From NCBI GenBank assembly GCA_965227775.1, contig OZ245777.1, forward strand, positions 2,272,001 to 2,336,000: DNA of 64,000 nt, in the 5' to 3' direction. The first letter of the stretch is position 1. Every line of letters begins with the position of its first letter. This document shows positions 56,856-64,000 of the stretch, piece after piece. The notes beneath the pieces are model-generated. The model did no database searches. It was given only the letters and a program-made list of their open reading frames with translations, and was not told the DNA's origin. A program made the position numbers and the translations under genes. This stretch comes from Phycisphaerales bacterium. Lineage in GTDB: Bacteria > Planctomycetota > Phycisphaerae > Phycisphaerales > UBA1924.

Positions 56856-57683
56856 ATGACCAGCCCCGCCCAGACCGAATCCGAGTCCGCCCAGAACGAG
56901 GCACACGCCCAGCCGAGCGAGGGTGTGCCAAACCCATACGCCGACAGGCCAACCGTCGCTGAGCTCAAGAAGGTCCGCAAGGTCTACTACAAGCCCGATG
57001 GCTCGGTCATGGTCGAGGCGCTGCGCGGCGTCGACATCACGGTGCACCAGGGCGAGTACGTGGCCATCATGGGCGCCTCGGGCTCGGGCAAGAGCACGCT
57101 GATGAACATCCTGGGCTGCCTCGATCAGCCGACCGACGGGCAGTACCTACTCGCCGGCAAGGACATCAACGAGATGGACGACGAGTCCCTCAGCCAGTTC
57201 CGTGGGCGCACCATCGGCTTCGTGTTCCAGGCGTTCAACCTCATCCCCCAGCTCACCGTCGAGGACAACGTCGCCGTGCCGCTGTTCTACCAGGGCATCG
57301 ACCCGGCCGAACGACGCGAGCGCGCCATCGAGAAGCTATCACTCGTCGGCCTGGGCGAGCGACTCGGCCACCGTCCGCGTGAACTCTCCGGCGGCCAGCA
57401 GCAGCGTGTGGCCATCGCTCGCTCGCTCATCGCCGAACCCAAGGTGCTGATGGCCGACGAGCCCACCGGCAACCTCGACTCGCGCACGGGCGAAGAGATC
57501 CTGACACTCTTCGAGAAGCTCCACGCCGGCGGCATGAGCATCCTAATGGTCACCCACGACGACTCGGTCGCCGACCGCTGCGAGCGCGTGATCCGCCTCA
57601 AGGACGGCGTGGTCGAGTGGGACCGGCGGCTGCGAACGAGAGCCCCGGCGTCCGAACCGAGCGCTCCCGAGCCACTAGGCTGA
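56856..57683 (+). CDS. ABC transporter ATP-binding protein (MacB/LolD-like)
   Basis: GASGSGKST, LSGGQQQRVAIAR, ADEPTGNLD, VTHD. Confidence 0.93.
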   Translation: MTSPAQTESESAQNEAHAQPSEGVPNPYADRPTVAELKKVRKVYYKPDGSVMVEALRGVDITVHQGEYVAIMGASGSGKSTLMNILGCLDQPTDGQYLLAGKDINEMDDESLSQFRGRTIGFVFQAFNLIPQLTVEDNVAVPLFYQGIDPAERRERAIEKLSLVGLGERLGHRPRELSGGQQQRVAIARSLIAEPKVLMADEPTGNLDSRTGEEILTLFEKLHAGGMSILMVTHDDSVADRCERVIRLKDGVVEWDRRLRTRAPASEPSAPEPLG

Positions 57684-57736
57684 GCCCGCAAAGCTCAAGA
57701 GAATCTCGCGGTCGTGGGGCTCGTGAAGGGGACGCC

Positions 57737-58312
57737 ATGCGATCGACACGCGACTTCCGTTCGATCGTCCTCCTGCTGGCCCTCATCGCAGTCCCGGCCG
57801 CGTTTGGCGGCTTCACGTACATGTTCATCCGGGCCTGGGCGTTCATCCTGGACATGGAGATGTGGCGGACGCTGCTTCTGATCGCCATGTTTGGCATCGT
57901 CCCCGCGTTGATCGCCAGCACGATCTTGATCGCTCTAGCCGAGATCGGCCGGTGGGCACGGTTCATGATCTGGAGGCGCCGCGTGGATGGCGCTCGCTGC
58001 TGGCACTGTCGCTATCCGCGACAGGACGTTCAGCCAGCGTCGTGCCCCGAGTGCGGCACGAATCCCTCACCCCTGCCCGAGTACCGCTATCCACCGATCC
58101 GGGAAGTAGCCTCGGTTGTGTTGCTCGGCGTGGCCGCGGTCGTGCTCGTGGGGCTGCTCGTCGATCTGTACTTCTCGACCGAAGACCTGCGATTCATCGA
58201 GGAAGTCCGTCGCCAAGGCGGTCACTCTGCGCACTACCGCGATCGCGCCTGGCCCAACCAGGGGTTCGGCTTGGTCTACAACCCGCCGTACGGCTTCCAC
58301 GTGAACGACTGA
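57737..58312 (+). CDS. Membrane protein with zinc ribbon
   Basis: Two TM helices, then CWHCRY...CPECG, then a third TM helix. Confidence 0.7.
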   Translation: MRSTRDFRSIVLLLALIAVPAAFGGFTYMFIRAWAFILDMEMWRTLLLIAMFGIVPALIASTILIALAEIGRWARFMIWRRRVDGARCWHCRYPRQDVQPASCPECGTNPSPLPEYRYPPIREVASVVLLGVAAVVLVGLLVDLYFSTEDLRFIEEVRRQGGHSAHYRDRAWPNQGFGLVYNPPYGFHVND

Positions 58313-58330
58313 TCGATCCAATACTCACCC

Positions 58331-58720
58331 ATGCTCGCGTGGATTTCCCGGTTCCGACGCTGCCGCCGCGCAGGGGTAAAGGTCACCTTCAGCCAGCTGC
58401 TAGCCATGTGGCTGAGGCGGATCCGTGCCGCTAAGGTGCTTGAAGCCGTGGCGATCGCGAACGAGGCAGGCGTTGAGTTTCCCGTTGATCACGCCGAGAC
58501 CTGCTACTTGGCGGGCTCGCGGCCGATCGAGCAAGCGAAGGCTGCCGTGCTCCTGGCGGCCCGGGGTGAGCCGGTGGACCTGATGTCGATCATGGCCTGC
58601 GACATCTGCCACTACGACGTCATCAAGCTCGCGAAGGACGGCTGGGACCTTACCGAGGTCGTTGGGGCGACCGATGGGCCAGGGGACGAGTATCGCGTCC
58701 AGAGGCCGACCGACGGATAA
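58331..58720 (+). CDS. Short protein homologous to the FloA/YqfA (flotillin-like) N-terminal region
   Basis: AGVKVTFSQLLAMWLRR...AGV...ETCYLAG...A.D...DV matches the FloA pattern AGV.V....L.GM.LRR...AG....LE.HYLAG...ID..GRDV as I recall it. Confidence 0.65.
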   Translation: MLAWISRFRRCRRAGVKVTFSQLLAMWLRRIRAAKVLEAVAIANEAGVEFPVDHAETCYLAGSRPIEQAKAAVLLAARGEPVDLMSIMACDICHYDVIKLAKDGWDLTEVVGATDGPGDEYRVQRPTDG

Positions 58721-58762
58721 CCCTCCGAGCCGGCGGGCTTCCTGCTTCCTAGAATCGTTCCA

Positions 58763-59233
58763 ATGTCGGACGCCGCACACACCTCTGAGTCTTCAACAGA
58801 AGGCGACCACCGCACCCTCTTTGCGGCCCACGGTCTGCGATGCACCCGGCAGCGCCAGGTGGTGTACGCCGCCCTGGCGAGCACGCGAGAACACCCGACG
58901 GCCGAGACGATCTATGAGAGCGTCCGCGAGGAGCACGGCGAGGCGGGCATCTCGCTGGCGACGGTCTACAACACGCTCGAGACGCTCAGCCAGCGCGGCC
59001 TGTGCCGCAAGCTGGCCACTCCCGGCGGGCCCACTCGCTTCGACGCCATCACCGATGAGCACGCCCACGTGGTCTCGCCCGACGGCTCGATGCTCGACCT
59101 TCCCGACGACCTGAGCGCCCGCATCATGGCCGGCGTCCGCGATCCGGACTTAATCGCTGAGATCGAGAAGCGCCTCGGTGTCACGGTGGGGCGGATCAGT
59201 GTCCACTTGTCGGCGCAGCGGGCGGCGGAGTAG
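58763..59233 (+). CDS. Fur/PerR family transcriptional regulator
   Basis: GLRCTRQR, HPTAE, SLATVYNTL, RFD...HAH. Confidence 0.9.
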   Translation: MSDAAHTSESSTEGDHRTLFAAHGLRCTRQRQVVYAALASTREHPTAETIYESVREEHGEAGISLATVYNTLETLSQRGLCRKLATPGGPTRFDAITDEHAHVVSPDGSMLDLPDDLSARIMAGVRDPDLIAEIEKRLGVTVGRISVHLSAQRAAE

Positions 59234-59281
59234 ATCGACCCGCTTCCATGTGCGGTCCTGCGGGGCAACGCGATGCTTGGA

Positions 59282-59722
59282 ATGGCCACTTTTCGCGACG
59301 ACTCCGGCACGGTGCGACGATTTTCGAACCGACAGCCTCGGAAGGTGGGCAAGGCTCTCGGGCTGAGTCAGGACCAGGTCCGAATCGCCTGCAAGCCTCT
59401 TCGCGAGCCGATCTCGTTGCAGGTTGCCATGGTGATTGGCTTTCTCGGCGTATTTACAGTGACCCACCTGATGCTCCGTCGCATCGGATTATCTCCGATC
59501 GTGCATGGCCTGATCATCCTGTCGATGCCGTACGCCTTCATCATAGTGATGTTGTACACCGTTATGCCAGTGTGGCACCGGGCGTGCAGAGAAAGCAAAC
59601 TGAACATGGTCGTGTGCCCATCTTGCGACTACGACTTGGCCTCGGCACTCCGAGATATGGAGGGCCGCCTCGTGTGTAGCGAGTGCGGTTCGGTATGGAC
59701 TTTGTCGTCGCAAGATCGGTAA
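59282..59722 (+). CDS. Membrane protein with C-terminal zinc ribbon
   Basis: Two TM helices, CPSCDYDL...CSECGSVW; looks more AT-rich than neighbours. Confidence 0.65.
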   Translation: MATFRDDSGTVRRFSNRQPRKVGKALGLSQDQVRIACKPLREPISLQVAMVIGFLGVFTVTHLMLRRIGLSPIVHGLIILSMPYAFIIVMLYTVMPVWHRACRESKLNMVVCPSCDYDLASALRDMEGRLVCSECGSVWTLSSQDR

Positions 59723-59743
59723 TTTTTTTTCGGCGGCAGCCGA

Positions 59744-60655
59744 CTACTCCCGCCACCCCAGGGCCCACTCCCCTTCGCTCCGCTCCTCGTCCCTTGTCTG
59801 CGGTAGCACCAGCCCATCCCAAGCCAGACGAATCCCGCCTGGCAACGCCCGGTCCACCGGCTCGTGGCGCACCTCGTGGTTCATGTGGATGAACCAGGTC
59901 TGCTCTGCCCCGATCTTCTGGGCCGCCGCGACGGCCTCGTCAATCGAGAAGTGGGTCGGGTGGCGGCGCGGCCGTAGCGCACCGAGCACCAGCGTCTTGA
60001 GCCCCTCCAGCATGGCCCAGGTCTCGGGCGGGATGCCCGAGACGTCCGTGCAATAGGCCAACGGCAAGAGATCGGCCATGCCCGATCGCGCCGCGACCGT
60101 TGGGTGGCTGGCTTCGATCCGAAACCCGAGCACAGGCAACCGGCCGTGGAGCAGTGGCAGCGGCGTGATGCGCAGGCCGAAGAGCTCCTCGGGCACCATG
60201 GGCAGCAGGCGGTGGGGGATCACGCTGGCGACGTAGCTGGGCTGCAAGTTATTCTTCGCGTCGAAGATGTGGCCATAGACGCGGCGGAGAAAATCGAGCG
60301 TGTGGTCGTTGGCGTAGATGTCGACCGGCCCCTCCATGAGGGTGTTGAAGCGGCGCAGCTCATCGAGGCCCCAAGTGTGGTCGACGTGGTTGTGCGTGAA
60401 GAGCAGGGCGTCCACACGCTCGAGGCCAGCGCGAAGGGCCTGCTGGCGAAGGTCCGGGCCGGCGTCGAACAGGATGGTGCGTTGCTCGCCGCGGTCATCT
60501 CCGAACCGCAGGGCGGCCGAGCAGCGAAGGCGAGTGTCCTTCGGGTCGTTCGACGTGCAGGTCAGGCATGAGCAGCCGATCACGGGCACGCCGCTCGACA
60601 CGCCCGTGCCCAGAAACTCGAAGCCGACCTGCCTGTGCCGCGTGTCGTCTCGCAC
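59744..60655 (-). CDS. MBL-fold metallo-hydrolase (PhnP-like)
   Basis: FLGTGVSSGVPVIGC.C..C, DAGPDLRQQAL, THNHVDH, YCTD, HPTHF, HMNH. Likely GTG start at 60655. Confidence 0.9.
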   Translation of the reverse strand: MRDDTRHRQVGFEFLGTGVSSGVPVIGCSCLTCTSNDPKDTRLRCSAALRFGDDRGEQRTILFDAGPDLRQQALRAGLERVDALLFTHNHVDHTWGLDELRRFNTLMEGPVDIYANDHTLDFLRRVYGHIFDAKNNLQPSYVASVIPHRLLPMVPEELFGLRITPLPLLHGRLPVLGFRIEASHPTVAARSGMADLLPLAYCTDVSGIPPETWAMLEGLKTLVLGALRPRRHPTHFSIDEAVAAAQKIGAEQTWFIHMNHEVRHEPVDRALPGGIRLAWDGLVLPQTRDEERSEGEWALGWRE

Positions 60656-60702
60656 GCGGCAGCATACGCCCGGCACGCGTCGTGTTTGTTCTATGATCGT
60701 GG
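60656..60702. promoter_or_regulatory. Back-to-back leaderless-type promoters
   Basis: TATGCT (- strand, 60661-60666) 5 nt from GTG 60655; TATGAT (+ strand, 60692-60697) 5 nt from ATG 60703. Confidence 0.6.
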
Positions 60703-62304
60703 ATGCCCGAGTCCTTCCACCTGTACAACAGCCTCACGAAGCGCGTCGAGCCTTTCCGCGCCACCGATCCGAGCACGGTCACGTTCTACACGTGCGGCCT
60801 CACGGTCTATGACGACGGCCACATCGGTAACTTCCGGGCTTTCCTCATTGCCGACCTGCTCCGTCGCTGGCTCGAGAGTCCGTTGTGCACCATCCAGGAC
60901 GTCGATGGAAGACCGCACGCTGGCCCGCGCACGGTCCGCCACGCCATGAACATTACCGACGTCGGCCACATGACTGACGACGACCAGGCCGACGGTGGCG
61001 GGCAGGACAAGATGGATGCCGCCCGCTCTCGATTGCTCGACGCAAAGAAGTCGGGGAAGCTGCCCGCAGGTGCAGAGATCGATCCGGCTGATCCGTACGC
61101 GATCGCACGCTTCTACACCAATCGATTCCTGGAAGACGCGAAGAAGCTCGGCCTCAAGGTCGCCAGCGAACAGGACATGATGCCTCGCGCTACGGCGTAC
61201 GTGCCAGCCATGGTGGAGCTCATCGAGCGACTGATTGCCAGGGACAGCGCGTACGTTACGGGCGAGCCCGGAGCCCGAGCGGTCTACTTCAGCGTCAAGT
61301 CATTTGAGGGATACGGCGCCCTGAGCGGCAACTCGCTCGAGGCCCTTCGCGCCGGAGCGGGCGGCCGGGTAGACGACGCAAACCAGCAAACCAAGCGTCA
61401 CCCCGCAGACTTCCTGCTCTGGAAGGAAGACGCCACGCATCTCATGAAGTGGGATAGCCCGTGGGGCGCTGGATACCCGGGCTGGCACGTCGAGTGCTCA
61501 GCAATGGCCTTCGAGGTGCTCGCCAAAGAGGCGTTTCCGGATGGCACGGTGCCCGATAGCCAACCGATCATCGATCTGCACACGGGCGGCGAGGACAACA
61601 TCTTTCCCCACCACGAATGCGAGATCGCGCAGAGCTGCTGCGCGTTCAACGAGGCGCCAGCTGGCGCGCCCTTCGCACGCCACTGGCTCCACAACCGCTT
61701 CTTGCTCGTTGACGGCCAGAAGATGAGCAAGAGCAAGGGCAACTTCTTCACGGCCCGAGACCTGTTCGCCAAGGGTGTCGAGCCCGCGGCCCTCAGGCTC
61801 GCGCTCATCCGCACACACTATCGCACGAACGCGGACTTCACAGAGCAACTGCTCAAAGACAGCCAGCGGATGATCGATCGATGGCGACGTGTGCTAGAAG
61901 CTGGGACGCCGGGCGATCCTCACCAGGCTTCGAGCACCGCTCGCGACGAGTTCGCGACCGCGATGAGCGACGACTTGAACATCGCCGCTGCGATTGCAGC
62001 GATCAACTCGATGGTGGGGCAGCTCGATGCCCCCACGACGGGCGATGCCGACGTGCTCTCAAGTCTGGATGCGATCCTTGGGGTACTCTCGCTCGAACGA
62101 CCGGCTACCTCCGACACATCGATTGGCCTGTTCGGTCCGGGCCTTTCACCCAACCCGACCGTGATCGAGAAGCTCGAACAACGCAAGGCCGCACGTGCGA
62201 ACAAGGACTTTGCTACGAGCGATGCGATCCGTGACGAGCTCGCCGAAATGGGCTACGCCATCAAGGACGTCGCGGGCGGCAAGGTCGAGGTCACGCGGGC
62301 GTGA
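60703..62304 (+). CDS. cysS: Cysteine--tRNA ligase
   Basis: YTCGLTVYD..HIGN, NITDV, DF.LWK, GYPGWHVECS, FPHHECE, KMSKS. Confidence 0.95.
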   Translation: MPESFHLYNSLTKRVEPFRATDPSTVTFYTCGLTVYDDGHIGNFRAFLIADLLRRWLESPLCTIQDVDGRPHAGPRTVRHAMNITDVGHMTDDDQADGGGQDKMDAARSRLLDAKKSGKLPAGAEIDPADPYAIARFYTNRFLEDAKKLGLKVASEQDMMPRATAYVPAMVELIERLIARDSAYVTGEPGARAVYFSVKSFEGYGALSGNSLEALRAGAGGRVDDANQQTKRHPADFLLWKEDATHLMKWDSPWGAGYPGWHVECSAMAFEVLAKEAFPDGTVPDSQPIIDLHTGGEDNIFPHHECEIAQSCCAFNEAPAGAPFARHWLHNRFLLVDGQKMSKSKGNFFTARDLFAKGVEPAALRLALIRTHYRTNADFTEQLLKDSQRMIDRWRRVLEAGTPGDPHQASSTARDEFATAMSDDLNIAAAIAAINSMVGQLDAPTTGDADVLSSLDAILGVLSLERPATSDTSIGLFGPGLSPNPTVIEKLEQRKAARANKDFATSDAIRDELAEMGYAIKDVAGGKVEVTRA

Positions 62305-62307
62305 GTG

Positions 62308-64000
62308 TCAGCTGCCGGCAGTTGCCAGCCGCTCACTGGCCTGGAACCACCGCTGCCAATCGTCGCGCGTGAGCGGCAGGTCTGAGTTGTTCCAGACCTC
62401 GCTCGGGAAGCTCTCGTAGAGCCGGCGGGCACGCTCGTTGGCGGCCCGGGCAAGGGCGAACTCGCCCTGTTGCAGGCGGGCACTTACGATCTGGATAAGC
62501 GGCACGAGTGCCGCTGGGTCGCCCGCATACTTCGCGTGCGCCGCAGCATAGTGCTTGACCGCAAGGTCAAAGTCGCCAAGGTCGTACGCGCATGCTCCGA
62601 GGAAGAAATACGCGCTCCGTAGCGACTCGCGCTCTGCCGCGGAGAGCTCGGAGAGTCGCTCGAAGCCATCCCGCGTGAGCTCGAGCTGCTCGATTGCGGT
62701 TCGCAGTCGTTCTTCTCGGAGGCTACGAAGCTCACGACGCTCGCTGCCGGGCATGGCCTGGGCCAGGGCTTCGCCGATGCGGTCCGCCTCAAGCCTGAAC
62801 GCATCGGCCAGCTTGAATCGGATCAGGTTCTCCCGGCGGTTGCCATCAAAGCGGGCGAGCGCTTCGCGGAGCCGCTCGATCGCGGGAACGTACTCGCCGC
62901 GTTGGTAGTGCAGCGTGCCAAGTTCGACCAGCGCGCGGCGGTACTCCTCGCTCGTGGGGCCGACCAGGCCACCGGAGAGCACACGCTCAAGCAGCGCGAG
63001 AGCCTCGCCGTCGTTCTCGGGGTCGGGGTCGGCCAGCAGCGTCTCTGCTAGCGGAACGTACGACTTAAGCGCGAAGGGGCCAACGCCCTTTCCGGTGTCC
63101 GGATCGTTCGCGTCATCGATGAGCGAGCGAAAGGCCTCCTCGGCGGCCGAGTGCCGGCTGCGGGCCTGGTAGATTCGACCCAGGCGATAGCGAGCCTCGG
63201 CACGCTGCGGGCTCTCGCTGATGGCCGTGACGAACGTCGTCAGCTTACGCTCGGCCAGTTCCAGATCGCCGGCGCGATCGAAGCACACCGCGCTCAGCCA
63301 GGTGCTGCGCTCGAATGCTGTCTCATCAAGGGTGACGCGGTCAGCATGCAATGCGTAGTAGCCACCCGCGGCGCGGATGTGGCGGCGAAACTCCTCTCGC
63401 GTCGCGGCATCGAAGCTCATCGAATCCGCTCCGATGCCACCGTCGTGGCCGGTCGCTGCGGCGAGGTCTTCGGCGACGGCCATGTGCGAGTCCGCTAGGG
63501 CGAGCACGAGATCGGGCGATCGCTCTTCGTTGGTCACCGTCTCGGCCAGCTGTGCGAATCGCAACGCGTCGCTCGACTCGCCGGCCAGACTGTGCACGCG
63601 ATGCTGGGCAAGCAAGGCGCTCTCGAGCACCATGCCATCAACACCCCCCGCGGGTCCATCCTCTTGCAGCATGGTGATGGCTTCGCGGAATAGTTCGAGG
63701 GAGAGATCGACCTCGCCCTCTGACGCGTAAACCTCCGCCAAGCCAAGCCGAGCAGCCTGGGCCGCCGGAGACCAGCCAAGCGTGTCGAGCACACGCTGGT
63801 AGCGATCGCGGGCTTCCATCGGTCGGCCCGAAAGCTCGTCGAGCCTGCCCAGCAGCACGATCGCGAGCCCACGTTCGGGCGATTGCGGTTCGGCCAACTG
63901 CTCACCGAGCTCCAGCGACTCGCGGGAGTCTTCGAGGTTGCCCAATTCCATTTGCGCCGCGCCAAGCTCCACGCTCAGGGCGGCTCTGCGCTCGGGGGCG
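62308..64000 (-). CDS. Tetratricopeptide repeat protein, 5' end beyond the window
   Basis: Frame stays open to the window edge; TPR-like repeats (ARYRLGRIY, AYFFLGACAY). Confidence 0.8.
   Translation of the reverse strand, partial: APERRAALSVELGAAQMELGNLEDSRESLELGEQLAEPQSPERGLAIVLLGRLDELSGRPMEARDRYQRVLDTLGWSPAAQAARLGLAEVYASEGEVDLSLELFREAITMLQEDGPAGGVDGMVLESALLAQHRVHSLAGESSDALRFAQLAETVTNEERSPDLVLALADSHMAVAEDLAAATGHDGGIGADSMSFDAATREEFRRHIRAAGGYYALHADRVTLDETAFERSTWLSAVCFDRAGDLELAERKLTTFVTAISESPQRAEARYRLGRIYQARSRHSAAEEAFRSLIDDANDPDTGKGVGPFALKSYVPLAETLLADPDPENDGEALALLERVLSGGLVGPTSEEYRRALVELGTLHYQRGEYVPAIERLREALARFDGNRRENLIRFKLADAFRLEADRIGEALAQAMPGSERRELRSLREERLRTAIEQLELTRDGFERLSELSAAERESLRSAYFFLGACAYDLGDFDLAVKHYAAAHAKYAGDPAALVPLIQIVSARLQQGEFALARAANERARRLYESFPSEVWNNSDLPLTRDDWQRWFQASERLATAGS

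Overview
GC-rich bacterial chromosome segment, most likely from Planctomycetota (Phycisphaerales-like). That assignment is an inference from the C-terminal 'GC-type dockerin' tails, the TIGR02999-like ECF sigma/Ser-Thr kinase pair, the YKPGQGYWTR-type SecE and the CxxC..CPECG membrane proteins. The window holds about 52 CDS and one tRNA-Trp; I saw no CRISPR array, transposase, integrase or prophage gene. Main blocks: (i) a ~17 kb co-oriented envelope locus: Wza-like exporter, exosortase, EpsI-like protein, ~1540-aa TPR protein, Wzc-like protein with a degenerate kinase domain, epimerase, WecA-like transferase, ParA, VanZ, MurJ, SDR; (ii) three secreted proteins sharing a near-identical dockerin-like C-terminal tail; (iii) a divergent UbiA (DPPR-synthase-like) / ALG10-like GT-C pair; (iv) housekeeping genes lipA, pyrE, metG, hisS, cysS, an orphan nuoG and tRNA-Trp-secE-nusG. 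Best leads: a candidate ~50-nt antisense-strand sRNA (49566-49616) with an anti-Shine-Dalgarno seed, an ECF-type promoter and a terminator; a TANNNT-(5-8 nt)-start leaderless layout at 13 genes, while several exported-protein genes have SD leaders; a ~500-bp compositionally foreign segment inside hisS; and two probable pseudo-enzymes. All annotations come from motif recognition by eye; no database searches were run.
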